From positions 9,908 through 50,449 of the forward strand of contig JBBIRT010000004.1 of the NCBI GenBank assembly GCA_037441725.1: DNA of 40,542 bases, written 5' to 3'. A program made the position numbers and the translations under genes. Shown here in pieces: positions 1-9,824 of this stretch (position 1 is its first letter; the number at the start of each line of letters is the position of its first letter). The notes beneath the pieces were generated by a model. The model searched no databases. It was not told the DNA's origin and saw only the letters and a program-made list of their open reading frames with translations. The DNA comes from Deltaproteobacteria bacterium (GTDB taxonomy: Bacteria; Desulfobacterota; BSN033; UBA1163).

Positions 1-414
1 AAGGATGGGTAGAGTTCCTTTAAGCGAGTGTGGGGGGGAAACGGAACGATATTCAGCACCCCAAACGATTTTTACCAAATCATTTAGGATTAAAGAAACA
101 GCGAAAGTAAAAAGAAGGAGCATCAGGTGTTCCCTTTGGTAGAGACGACAGAATAGCCCCCGTTCAGCAATTAAACTGATCAAGGCCACAAATAGGGGGG
201 CTACGATAATAGCCATCCAAAAACCAATTGATCCACTGATGATTTTTGTAATGCTAAAGGCAACAAAAGCACCGATCATATATAGAGATCCATGAGCAAT
301 ATTAGGGACCCGAAGGACACCTAATACAAAACTTAATCCAGCACAAACGATGAATAAAATCATCGCTCTGCTAAGGCCTACAAAAAATTGACTGCTTAAG
401 GCTGAAATCTCCAT
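1..414 (-). CDS. livH: Branched-chain amino acid ABC transporter permease (LivH-like), runs off the left edge
   Basis: Not in the ORF track. Manual translation from ATG at 414 gives MEISALSSQFFVGLSRAMILFIVCAGLSFVLGVLRVPNIAHGSLYMIGAF, with the LivH-type NxAHG motif. Lies directly downstream of a LivJ/K-type binding protein. Confidence 0.85.
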   Translation of the reverse strand, partial: MEISALSSQFFVGLSRAMILFIVCAGLSFVLGVLRVPNIAHGSLYMIGAFVAFSITKIISGSIGFWMAIIVAPLFVALISLIAERGLFCRLYQREHLMLLLFTFAVSLILNDLVKIVWGAEYRSVSPPHSLKGTLPIL

Positions 415-436
415 GGATGAGGACTTTCTGTTTAGA

Positions 437-1666
437 TCACTTCTTCTCCCTGGCCTTCATAATCTCCTCGCATGTTGGCATAATCTCCTTTCCTGAAAGG
501 GTGACAATATTGCTTGAAATCAGAAAATCATATTGGGGTACCTTTTTGGTTACCCCCAGATACATGGGTAAAACTGCTTGATGATCACAGGCTCGCATCT
601 CTATTTTTCCTCCAGGGCTTTCAATCACTATCCCCTCAAGGGCATCGATAAATTTTTCTTTGTCTAATTTTCCTGCTTTATTAAAGGCATTGGCGATGAA
701 GTAGGCAGTGATATAAGCATGGAAAGCAGGAAATCCTGGAGGGGCTCCATAGGCATCTTGAAAAGCCTTCACAAAGGCCTTATTGGCAGGGGTATCAGGA
801 TAATAAAAATGGTAATCCATTGTACCCATGATCCCCTCAGGGGCTTCAAGGCCAAGAGGTTTAAGAACAGCATGGTCCGTAGCGGTGTGCATAAAAACTC
901 CCATCTTTTCATGAATCCCAGTAGTTTTGCAGGCTTTAAGGGAGTTGGTCATCGTTTGACCTCCACCACAAACAATTAGGGCATCAGGCTTAGCTGCCAT
1001 GATCGAGGTGAGATAGGGGATCAAATCAGGTTCTCCTGTTTTCCACCAGGTTTCACCCATTTTTTCAACACTCGGTTTTAATGCTTTTAAATTACGCCAA
1101 ATTCCATTGGGAATAGCATGGCCATATTCATAATCATCTCCGGCGATCCAATATTTGATATATGGCTTTTTAGAAAGGGCAACTCCTCCAGCCTTACCAC
1201 CCATGGCTGAATTTTCACCTGTAGAGAAGACATATCGATGTCCCTTCGATCCCGTAATATGTTCACTTTTAGAAATCCAAACAATAAAGGGGACTTTCTC
1301 TTCTTTCATATAATCAGAGATTGCTAAAGTAACAGCGCTGTTGATCGTCCCAACGATGAGGTCTACATTCTCTCTCATAATCAATTCCTTGGCCATGGTC
1401 AATCCAATTCCCACCTCCCACTTATCATCCCGAGTGACATACTCAATCTTTGATCCCAAAACCCCTTGCTTGTTGATTTCTTCTAAAGCAAGCTTAAACC
1501 CATTAAGGGCATCTTTGGCAAAGACCGCTGCAGGTCCGGTATAGGTGTCGATGACCCCAATTTTAATTGGACGCTGAGCACTAACATTGTTGGGGAAAAG
1601 GAAAAGACAAATGATTAAAAAGAAAACCATTAACTTGAGACAATTCTTTTGAATTAATTGTTTCAT
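437..1666 (-). CDS. Branched-chain amino acid ABC substrate-binding protein (LivJ/LivK family)
   Basis: Signal peptide; PIKIGVI...TGPAA, RDDK and DYEYGH motifs of periplasmic binding protein type 1; GGAGG RBS upstream. Confidence 0.9.
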   Translation of the reverse strand: MKQLIQKNCLKLMVFFLIICLFLFPNNVSAQRPIKIGVIDTYTGPAAVFAKDALNGFKLALEEINKQGVLGSKIEYVTRDDKWEVGIGLTMAKELIMRENVDLIVGTINSAVTLAISDYMKEEKVPFIVWISKSEHITGSKGHRYVFSTGENSAMGGKAGGVALSKKPYIKYWIAGDDYEYGHAIPNGIWRNLKALKPSVEKMGETWWKTGEPDLIPYLTSIMAAKPDALIVCGGGQTMTNSLKACKTTGIHEKMGVFMHTATDHAVLKPLGLEAPEGIMGTMDYHFYYPDTPANKAFVKAFQDAYGAPPGFPAFHAYITAYFIANAFNKAGKLDKEKFIDALEGIVIESPGGKIEMRACDHQAVLPMYLGVTKKVPQYDFLISSNIVTLSGKEIMPTCEEIMKAREKK

Positions 1667-1824
1667 TTTTATTCACCTCCCAATGAATTTTAATCTTATT
1701 GATCATCCTTTGCTTTCTTATTTGGCCTTCTCCTTTAGATGATTAAACATTATCATTTTCTTCCTAAAGGAATTATATAATCTCAAACTCCTGATCAATT
1801 GTCAACTTTCTTTTTATGATTTAG

Positions 1825-2051
1825 GTAATGCCTCCCTAAAGTGGGGACCATATTAGAATCAGGCAGGAATATCTCCGAAAATTTTATAAAGTGGAGCACT
1901 TCAAAAAGGGGTGGGTAAAAGTTATATCCTCCAACAAATCATTGTCTTTCAGTGTATAAGGAATTCTGTAGTTATGGGACAAGCTGAGGTTTCCGCTATA
2001 AAATTTTCTCCGACATCCCTACCTCATCCCCCCGAATAAATGAGGCATTAC
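1825..2051 (+). mobile_element. 227-bp MITE-like element, copy 1
   Basis: Perfect 10-bp terminal inverted repeat GTAATGCCTC...GAGGCATTAC. Perfect 8-bp direct repeat TGATTTAG at 1817-1824 and 2052-2059. Homologous to 9543-9769 and 35877-36103. Confidence 0.9.
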
Positions 2052-2091
2052 TGATTTAGGAATTAAATCAAGAGGATATTTCTGGAGGATT

Positions 2092-3069
2092 CTATGGCAG
2101 TGGGAAATGGCAGGCGACGAGATGGCCTTTTCCATGATCGAGGAGCTGAGGTTCCTCTGTTTGGCATCGGTCTTGAGAATGAGGGCAACGTGGTAAAAAG
2201 AGGCATTTTGGGTCTAAAGGGAGGGGACGAGGCTCTTCCTTCAATAATCCTTCGGCCCTTTTTTCAGAAGGATCCAGTTTAGGAACGGCTTTTAGTAAGA
2301 GTTGGGTATAGGGATGGAATGGGCGTTGAAATAGATCCTCACTCTCGGCCATTTCAACGATCTTTCCCATATACATTACGGCAATCCGATGACTGATATG
2401 CTTAACAATTCTTAGGTCATGGGAGATGAAGAGAAAGGTGAGGCCTAATTGATCCCGCAGATCCATCAGAAGGTTTAAAATCTGTGCCTGGATAGAGACG
2501 TCCAAAGCCGAAACAGGTTCATCTGCAACAATCAATTCAGGATTGAGAGAGATGGCCCTGGCAATTCCAATCCTTTGACGCTGTCCCCCACTAAACTCAT
2601 GAGCATAACGAGAGGCATCTTGAGGATGGAGGCCTACTTTCTCAAGAAGTTCTGATACCTTCCTGGTTTTTTCTTTTCCTGTTGCCAATCCATGGATCTG
2701 CAGGCCTTCTCCAACGATCTCTCCTATCTTCATTCTCGGGTTGAGAGATTCATAAGGATCCTGAAAGATAAATTGCATTTGAGGCCTTAATCTTCTCATG
2801 GCTTCTCGATTGAGTCGAAGGATATCTTGATTTTTAAAAAAGATCTGACCGGAAGTAGGTTCGATCAATCTTAGGATCGATTTACCAGCCGTGGTCTTAC
2901 CACACCCGCTTTCTCCCACCAACCCTAATGTCTCTCCTCGACGGATGGAGAATGAAATTCCGTCGACCGCACGAACGGGCTTCTTTTCAATGGAGAAAAG
3001 GCCTTCTTTAAAGAAATACTTTTTTAAATCTTTTACTTGGAGGAGATAGTCATTCTGAGGATTCATCAT
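2092..3069 (-). CDS. Oligopeptide/dipeptide ABC transporter ATP-binding subunit (OppF/DppF-like)
   Basis: Walker A GESGCGKT, signature [21 protein letters not shown] and C-terminal Cys-rich CxFxPRCP...VACH. Confidence 0.92.
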   Translation of the reverse strand: MMNPQNDYLLQVKDLKKYFFKEGLFSIEKKPVRAVDGISFSIRRGETLGLVGESGCGKTTAGKSILRLIEPTSGQIFFKNQDILRLNREAMRRLRPQMQFIFQDPYESLNPRMKIGEIVGEGLQIHGLATGKEKTRKVSELLEKVGLHPQDASRYAHEFSGGQRQRIGIARAISLNPELIVADEPVSALDVSIQAQILNLLMDLRDQLGLTFLFISHDLRIVKHISHRIAVMYMGKIVEMAESEDLFQRPFHPYTQLLLKAVPKLDPSEKRAEGLLKEEPRPLPLDPKCLFLPRCPHSQDRCQTEEPQLLDHGKGHLVACHFPLP

Positions 3070-3283
3070 TCAAATTGTCTCACATTTCCATCATATCTTG
3101 CCAATCCATCCTTTATATTCTGTCCTATTGAAAGTGTCTGCTCTTTTAAAATATATTATAACTTATCCATTTCTATAATTAAATTTTTCATCTCAATCTA
3201 ACCCTGAGGAGGGAATTATTCCTAAACTATTCCTGTAGATTCCTATACTTTGCAAGACCATGCTTCCGTTATAAATTTTACCC

Positions 3284-3312
3284 TTGACAAAGGAAGTTTA
3301 CTCTTTTAACTT
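3284..3312 (+). promoter_or_regulatory. Candidate sigma70 promoter for the acyl-CoA dehydrogenase/comEC unit
   Basis: TTGACA (3284-3289), 17-bp spacer, TAACTT (3307-3312). Confidence 0.4.
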
Positions 3313-3374
3313 TTCAACTAAAATATTTTTTTTTTAAGCCCCTATAACTCATTGACCTATTTGAGAGGATAAAA

Positions 3375-4517
3375 ATGAAAGAAATAGAAAAAGAGAGACA
3401 GATGATTAGAGAGATCGCTCAGAAAACCGCCCTAAGGACGGTTCAACCCCGAGCTGCTGAGATCGATGCCAAAGGAGAATTTCCATGGGACCTTGTAGAA
3501 TCCTTTGGAAAACAAGGGCTCCTCTCCATATTCCTTCCTGAATCTTATGGAGGAATGGATGGAGATTTGACTTCATTTTGTATTGTGATTGAAGAGATTG
3601 CAAAGGTCTGCGGCTCCTCCTCCCTCATTATCCTGGCCCAAGGGATGGGTACCCTTCCCATCCTTTTGTCAGGTAACCCTTCTCAAAAAGATCTCTATCT
3701 TAGAGCCATCACCGAAAGGAATAGTCTTATAGCCCTTGCCTTTAACGAACCTGAGAGTGAGTTGGGAATTTTACCAATTAAGACCAAGGTAGAAAGGAAA
3801 GGGTCGAATTACCTCATCCATGGACGGAAACGTTTCATCACCCATGGAGGCCTAGCCAAATTTTATATTGTCATGGCTTTAACCCAAAACGAACTTGAAT
3901 CAGAAGGTTTATCTGTCTTTGTTGTAGAAGATGGGGCCGATGGTCTTTTTTTTGGAGAAAGGGAGAAGACGATTGGAATGAGAGGTATGGTCATCACAGA
4001 TGTCATTTTCAAAAACTGTAGGGTTTCCCAAGAGGCCCTCCTCGGAAATTTTGGGGAAGGTGGGAAGATTGTGGAGGAGACTCTCAATAGGACAAGGCCT
4101 GCGATTGGGGCCCAGGCGGTTGGGATTGCTCAAGGAGCTTTAGACTTTGCCATTCACTACGCTAATGAAAGAATCCAATTCGGGAAACCCATTTCTTCAT
4201 TCCAAGCCATACAATTTATGATCGCTGATATGGCCACTCTTGTCGAGGCTGCTCGCTCCCTGGTTTATAAGGCGGTTGATTATATTGATGCAAATGATGA
4301 GCATTCAGAATATCTTTCAACCATCTCGAAAACCTTTGCCTCTCAAATTGCCATGAAGGTGACCACCGATGCCGTGCAGATCCTGGGAGGCTATGGATAT
4401 ATGAAGGATTATCCTGTCGAACGAATGATGAGGGATGCCAAGGTGACCCAAATTTATGAAGGGGTCAATCAGGTTCATCGTTGGAAAATCGCTGAACTCT
4501 TATTCTCTAAGAGATGA
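3375..4517 (+). CDS. Acyl-CoA dehydrogenase
   Basis: GxKxFIT, RxQFGKPI, DAVQILGGYGYMKDYPVERMMRDAK and IYEG motifs. Confidence 0.93.
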   Translation: MKEIEKERQMIREIAQKTALRTVQPRAAEIDAKGEFPWDLVESFGKQGLLSIFLPESYGGMDGDLTSFCIVIEEIAKVCGSSSLIILAQGMGTLPILLSGNPSQKDLYLRAITERNSLIALAFNEPESELGILPIKTKVERKGSNYLIHGRKRFITHGGLAKFYIVMALTQNELESEGLSVFVVEDGADGLFFGEREKTIGMRGMVITDVIFKNCRVSQEALLGNFGEGGKIVEETLNRTRPAIGAQAVGIAQGALDFAIHYANERIQFGKPISSFQAIQFMIADMATLVEAARSLVYKAVDYIDANDEHSEYLSTISKTFASQIAMKVTTDAVQILGGYGYMKDYPVERMMRDAKVTQIYEGVNQVHRWKIAELLFSKR

Positions 4518-4552
4518 TCTCTTAATTTCCAATTGGGCAAACTGAGGCGAGG

Positions 4553-7009
4553 ATGAACCCAATCTTTCGCCTTCCTCTTGTTCCCATCTTCATCGTTTAT
4601 ACCCTTGGGATTTCTTTTGGCTATTTAGAGATTCCCCTCTTTTCTCATGGATGGGTTCTCCTTCTACTCGGTTTAGGTTTTTGGCTTCTTTTCCTTTTTC
4701 TTAAGAGGACCCGAATAGGTTCTTGGATAGCCATTTTTACCTTCTTCTTTCTTGGTATTTATTCAATCCAGCTTTACCTTAATCCACCCAAGGTCCCTTC
4801 CCATGTTTCTTCTTTTATCGGTATAGATGGAATTTCTTTGGAAGGAATTATCGATCGTCCACCTGAGTCCCTACAGGGAAAGACGCGAATATTCCTCTGT
4901 TCAAAAAGGGTCATTCTCTCAAACCATTCCATTCCTGTAAATGGATGGGTCTTGATCTATCTCAATGATCCAAACCCTTCGCTTCACATTGGAGACCGAA
5001 TCCGGTGTGTTTGTAGGCTCGCTCGTCCTCATGGATTTCATAATTTAGGAGGATTTTCCTATGAACGCCACCTTGCTTTTGAACAGGTCTATAGTATTGG
5101 ATTCTTGTCTATAGAAAAGGGCTGGGTCAAATTGGGCGAGGGGTATAAAAATCCCTTTCTTCTCCAAGTAGAAGATTGGCGGGATCACATACGCACCTTC
5201 CTTGAGAGTGAGGCCCCTCCACTTTCTGCAGGGATTTTTAAGGCCCTTGTCTTAGGGGAACAAGGGGATATCCCGGAAGAGGTGAAAGAGCAATTCATCA
5301 TTACAGGGATTGCTCATCTTCTGGCCATTTCAGGGGATCATCTGGGAATCATAGCTCTGCTCTCCTTCTCCTTGATCCTCTGGATATTGAAACGTTCCAC
5401 CTCTCTCCTCCTCAGCATAGACGTGAAAAAATGGGCTGCCGGTCTAACCTTGCCCTGCCTTTTTCTCTATACCTTCATTGCTGGAGGAGGAATCTCTGTG
5501 ATCCGAGCAACGATCATGGTGATCCTCTTCTTCCTATCCATCCTCTTTAGCCAGGGAAGGAATCTTCTTTATACACTGATTCTTGCGGCCTTTCTCATCC
5601 TCCTTTTCTCTCCTCCTTCCCTCTTCGGGGTTTCTTTTCAACTTTCATTTGTCGCTGTGTTCTGTATCCTCGTTGGGGTGCCAAGACTTTTAAATTTCCT
5701 GAGGCAGAAGGAGACTTTTTCTTTTCCAAAAATCTCCTGGAGGGAAAAGATCATAAGGTATTTCGTAATCTCTTTCCTTGTTACAGGGGTGGCCATCCTG
5801 GGAACGGCTCCTTTTGTAGTCCTCCATTTTAATCGGATTTCCCTCATTGGATTCATCACCAATCTTTTTATCATTCCTTGGGTGGGTTTTATTATCGTTC
5901 CCATTGCCCTAGTCGCCTCATTGCTCTCCTTTTTTTTCCATCCCTTGGCTGCCCTATTAATTCATCTCAATCATGGAATCACCTTGATTCTCCTTCAGGT
6001 CATCCGGTACCTCTCTTCCATCCCCTATGCCTCCCTTTTTGTTCCCACTCCAACTGTTTTTGAGATGATTCTTTTTTACCTTATCGGCTTCCTCTTCTTT
6101 TGTCTCCAGAGGGAGAAAAGGGTCCGCTATCTCTTTATAGGACTTTGTATGGTCCTTCTCTTTGATTTCTTTTTCTGGAATTGGAAGGATTCATTTCAAA
6201 GGGACCTCCGAATCACTTTTATTGACGTCGGTCACGGAGATTCTATCCTGGTCGAGTTTCCAAAGGGGAAAAAAATGCTAATCGATGGAGGAGGCCTTTA
6301 TGATGATCCGTTCGATGTGGGAAAGAATGTGATTGCCCCCTTCTTATGGAAGAAGAAGATTCGACGGATTGATATCCTGGTACTTACCCACCCAGATCCT
6401 GATCATTTTAAAGGATTGCCATTCATCGCCTCTCACTTTTCAATTGGTCAGTTCTGGGATAATGGTTTTCAAGTCCCTTCCATGAACTATCATCGTCTAA
6501 AAAAAATTCTTGAGGAGAAAAAAATTGAAGTTGCTTCTCTTAATGAGGAAACCCCTCCCAAAATCATCAATGGAGTTGAACTCTCTTTTTTAAATCCACC
6601 CAACCCAGATCGGATGAAGAGGGGAGATCGAAATTTCTGTGATCTTAACAACTCCTCTTTGGTCATGAAACTAAGATTTAAAAGGGTTTCTATCCTTCTG
6701 ACTGGAGATATTCAGGAGGAGGCAGAGAATCGGATGTTGAGAAAGGGAAATTCTCTTCTGGCCAATATCCTAAAAGTTCCCCATCATGGAAGTTCTTCCT
6801 CGAGTTCTCTCCCCTTCTTAAAAGGGGTCCATCCCCATTTTGCAGTTCTGAGTGTGGGAGAGAGGAATATTGGAAATCTTCCCCATCCAGAAATATTAAA
6901 AAGGTATCAACAATTGGGCATTAAGGTTTTTAGAACGGATAAACATGGGTCTATTACCCTGATTACCAATGGAGAAGCGATCACGGTGAAGACATTTCTT
7001 AACCCGTAA
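4553..7009 (+). CDS. comEC: DNA internalization competence protein ComEC/Rec2
   Basis: Multi-TM protein with GIAHLLAISGDH competence motif, SFQLSF, and a C-terminal metallo-beta-lactamase domain (FIDVGHGDS, THPDPDH, KVPHHGS). Confidence 0.95.
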   Translation: MNPIFRLPLVPIFIVYTLGISFGYLEIPLFSHGWVLLLLGLGFWLLFLFLKRTRIGSWIAIFTFFFLGIYSIQLYLNPPKVPSHVSSFIGIDGISLEGIIDRPPESLQGKTRIFLCSKRVILSNHSIPVNGWVLIYLNDPNPSLHIGDRIRCVCRLARPHGFHNLGGFSYERHLAFEQVYSIGFLSIEKGWVKLGEGYKNPFLLQVEDWRDHIRTFLESEAPPLSAGIFKALVLGEQGDIPEEVKEQFIITGIAHLLAISGDHLGIIALLSFSLILWILKRSTSLLLSIDVKKWAAGLTLPCLFLYTFIAGGGISVIRATIMVILFFLSILFSQGRNLLYTLILAAFLILLFSPPSLFGVSFQLSFVAVFCILVGVPRLLNFLRQKETFSFPKISWREKIIRYFVISFLVTGVAILGTAPFVVLHFNRISLIGFITNLFIIPWVGFIIVPIALVASLLSFFFHPLAALLIHLNHGITLILLQVIRYLSSIPYASLFVPTPTVFEMILFYLIGFLFFCLQREKRVRYLFIGLCMVLLFDFFFWNWKDSFQRDLRITFIDVGHGDSILVEFPKGKKMLIDGGGLYDDPFDVGKNVIAPFLWKKKIRRIDILVLTHPDPDHFKGLPFIASHFSIGQFWDNGFQVPSMNYHRLKKILEEKKIEVASLNEETPPKIINGVELSFLNPPNPDRMKRGDRNFCDLNNSSLVMKLRFKRVSILLTGDIQEEAENRMLRKGNSLLANILKVPHHGSSSSSSLPFLKGVHPHFAVLSVGERNIGNLPHPEILKRYQQLGIKVFRTDKHGSITLITNGEAITVKTFLNP

Positions 7010-7041
7010 GGCGTTACTCAAACGAAGGAAAGGATGATCGG

Positions 7042-7070
7042 TTGACAATTTGCGAAAGGCACGGTATGTT
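7042..7070 (+). promoter_or_regulatory. Candidate sigma70 promoter
   Basis: TTGACA (7042-7047), 17-bp spacer, TATGTT (7065-7070), upstream of the gene at 7136. Confidence 0.55.
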
Positions 7071-7135
7071 AAATTTTATACAGGAGTACTGCCTCGTGGA
7101 GGCATTAAAGGATATGAGAATGATGGAGGTGGAGG

Positions 7136-7621
7136 ATGGAACTAAAGGTAGAACGATTAGAAATACCAGAAGGATGCAACATCATAGTCGGTCAAACCCA
7201 TTTTATCAAGACGGTTGAGGATCTATATGAGATCATTGTTACGTCAGTTCCCCATGCCAAATTTGGGATCGGTTTCTGTGAGGCCTCTGGGGAATGCCTT
7301 ATTCGTATTGAAGGAAATGATGAGATGCTTAAGGAGGTGGCCAAGAAGAATGCCCTAAGCATTGGAGCAGGTCATACTTTTGTGGTGATCTTAAAAGAGG
7401 CCTTTCCAATCAATATCCTCAACGCAATCAAGATGTGTCAAGAGGTCTGCACGATCTTCTGTGCCACAGCCAATCCAGTTGAAGTGATCCTGGCCCAATC
7501 GGAGCAGGGAAGAGGAGTCCTCGGGGTCATTGACGGATTTCCTCCAAAAGGAGTTGAAAAGGAAGAAGGTGTGGTTTGGAGAAAAGAGCTATTAAGAAGA
7601 TTTAAGTATAAATTGGGTTAA
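7136..7621 (+). CDS. Adenosine-specific kinase family protein (DUF355 / PAE2307-like)
   Basis: NIIVGQTHFIKTVEDLYE, FCEASG, IFCATANP and GRGVLGVIDG family motifs; GGAGG RBS. Confidence 0.85.
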   Translation: MELKVERLEIPEGCNIIVGQTHFIKTVEDLYEIIVTSVPHAKFGIGFCEASGECLIRIEGNDEMLKEVAKKNALSIGAGHTFVVILKEAFPINILNAIKMCQEVCTIFCATANPVEVILAQSEQGRGVLGVIDGFPPKGVEKEEGVVWRKELLRRFKYKLG

Positions 7622-7810
7622 TCCAATTAATAATTAAGCGATTTCTCATGAAGAGGCTAACTTGAGGGATTTAGGGTCGTTTAGTAAGGGTGGAATTCCT
7701 TCTACCCCAATTGGATCCGACTCTGTTGGATTAGAATGCGATGTCATGATCAGCATCACTCCATTGAAGTGAAGAAAAAAATTTTAGGCAAAAAGATTGA
7801 GGGAGGGCTC

Positions 7811-9508
7811 ATGCAGGCCGAAAATGGAGCAGAACTATTTGTGGAATCCTTACTGGCAAATGGCATAGATCGTCTTTTTTTAAATCCAGGCATTGATACT
7901 GTACCCCTTCAAGGGGCTATTGCAAGATTTAAAGCCTTGGGAAAGAAAGCTCCCCAGGTGATCCTTTGTCCTCATGAATCCGTTGCAGTGGCGGCTGCTC
8001 ATGGATATGCTATGGTGACAGGAAAACCACAGGTGGTGGCGGTCTTCCAAGATGTTGGTACAATTCAAGGGGGAGGAGCCATCGTCAATTTGCTTTATGG
8101 GCGAATCCCCGTCATCTTATGTGCAGGGAAAAATGAGGCACCCCAACGAGTGAATTGGTTAAAGGAGCCTTTTGACCAGCGTAAAATTATACGAGATTAT
8201 GTCAAGTGGGACCATGAAGTGCACATCGATGAGGATATCTCCTCAGTCCTTCAAGAAGCTTTCCGCATTGCTTCCACAGAACCCTGTGGCCCAGTCTACC
8301 TCTCTATCCCACGTGAGGTCTTAACTGGAGGAGGGGGAAAGCAGAGGATTTCGGCCCCCTTCAAGTTTCCGACCCCCTCTAAGATGGATAAGGTAAATCT
8401 CCGCAGGGCAGTCGAAACATTAATCCAATCTGAAAATCCCCTTATTTTAACCGCTTATCTTGGAAGACACCCTCAATCCGTGGCCTCCTTAATCAATCTT
8501 GCAGAGATGATGGGTGCGCGGGTCATCACAACAGATCTCAGGATGAATTTTCCAAGTACCCATCCGCTTTGTCCTGGAATGGATGCTATCGCAGGAAATG
8601 ATTATGATCATTATATTGCAGAGGCTGATCTCCTTCTGCTGATAGACTACGATTTTCCCGGACCGATGGAAAAGCAGGTCAAACCCCGACCAGATGCAAA
8701 AATTATTCACATTGATATTGAGCCCTTGAAAAGGGGAAAACCTCTTTGGGACCGTACCCCTGACCTTCTTTTTGAAGGGAACTCGAGTGAGATCTTACCT
8801 GCTCTCAATAAAGAATTAATGTTATCTTTAAATCACCAAACACGGAAGCGGTTTCAGGATCGATTCAAACGTCTTGAAAAGGAGCACCAGCAGTTGAAAG
8901 AGGTTTGGCGAACGAAAGCACAGAGTCAGGCGAGTCAAGAACCCATCTCTGCAGAATGGTTATGTCACTGTATCAATGAAGTTCTGGATGAAGAGGCTAT
9001 CATAGTTCATATGATCCCATCCTCTGCAGAGGCCTTTGCCCATCAAATCCAAAGGACAAATCCAGGAACCTTATTCTCTTGGGGAGATCGGGCAGGATCA
9101 ATGGGATGGCCTCTCGGGGCTGCCCTGGGATCGAAACTGGCAGCCCCTGATCATCTTGTCGTCAGCTTAATAGGAGATGGTGGCTTCATTTATGGTTGCC
9201 CAATTGCTACCCTCTGGTCAGCTGATGTTTACCAAGCCCCCTTTCTCACCATCATCTTTAATAATCAATCCTATGCTTCCATTAAGGCCTTAATGAGAAT
9301 GTGGTATGGGGAGAATAGCGTCTCAGGTGAGAAGGGTTTTGAATTTGGTACAGATCTTAAAAAAACTCCAGATTTTGCATTGATCGCTAAGGCTTGTAGA
9401 GCCTATGGGCAGACGGTGGAAGACCCGTCAGAGTTAGTCCCTGTTTTAAAAGGTGCCTTAACCCAGGTTCTGAAAGGAAGGGCAGCAGTAGTTGATGTCA
9501 AGATTTAG
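7811..9508 (+). CDS. Thiamine pyrophosphate-dependent enzyme (acetolactate synthase/benzoylformate decarboxylase superfamily)
   Basis: PHExxAxxAAHGYA catalytic Glu region, GPVYLSIP, GSMGW and GDG...NN TPP motif. Start moved from 7736 to 7811, which follows a GGAGGG RBS. Confidence 0.88.
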   Translation: MQAENGAELFVESLLANGIDRLFLNPGIDTVPLQGAIARFKALGKKAPQVILCPHESVAVAAAHGYAMVTGKPQVVAVFQDVGTIQGGGAIVNLLYGRIPVILCAGKNEAPQRVNWLKEPFDQRKIIRDYVKWDHEVHIDEDISSVLQEAFRIASTEPCGPVYLSIPREVLTGGGGKQRISAPFKFPTPSKMDKVNLRRAVETLIQSENPLILTAYLGRHPQSVASLINLAEMMGARVITTDLRMNFPSTHPLCPGMDAIAGNDYDHYIAEADLLLLIDYDFPGPMEKQVKPRPDAKIIHIDIEPLKRGKPLWDRTPDLLFEGNSSEILPALNKELMLSLNHQTRKRFQDRFKRLEKEHQQLKEVWRTKAQSQASQEPISAEWLCHCINEVLDEEAIIVHMIPSSAEAFAHQIQRTNPGTLFSWGDRAGSMGWPLGAALGSKLAAPDHLVVSLIGDGGFIYGCPIATLWSADVYQAPFLTIIFNNQSYASIKALMRMWYGENSVSGEKGFEFGTDLKKTPDFALIAKACRAYGQTVEDPSELVPVLKGALTQVLKGRAAVVDVKI

Positions 9509-9542
9509 AGAGCTTAGAGATTGATGATTCCCTGATTCATAA

Positions 9543-9769
9543 GTAATGCATCACTGAAGTGGGGAACCCTATTAGAATCAGGCAGGAATATCTCCGAAAA
9601 TTTTATAAAGCGGAGCACTTCAAAAAGAGGTTGGTAAAAGTTATATCCTCCAACAAATCAGTACGACCCATGGTATAAGGAAATCTGTAGTTATGGGACA
9701 AGATGAGGTTTTGGCTATAAGATTTTCTCCGACATCCCTGCCTAATTCCCCGAATGAGTGGGGCATTAC
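9543..9769 (+). mobile_element. 227-bp MITE-like element, copy 2
   Basis: Ends GTAATGC...GCATTAC. Flanks ATTCATAA (9535-9542) and ATTCATCA (9770-9777) match 7/8. Same length as and alignable end to end with the other copies. Confidence 0.88.
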
Positions 9770-9824
9770 ATTCATCATTCGATTTTTCTTCCAGTTTTTG
9801 GTATAAATATTTTTGGGTGTAGAG

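Noticed and set aside
1930-1960. Idea that the MITE's variable centre is a guide matching its target site (AAATCAT vs flank ATGATTT in copy 1; AATCAG vs CTGATT in copy 2)
   Set aside because: The matches are only 6-7 nt in AT-rich DNA and copy 3 has none; consistent with chance.
7622-7810. Possible TPP riboswitch ahead of the TPP enzyme (hairpins at 7688-7707 and about 7714-7730)
   Set aside because: The conserved TPP aptamer elements (CUGAGA; CCUGAU...AAU.CC.GCG.AGG) are absent.
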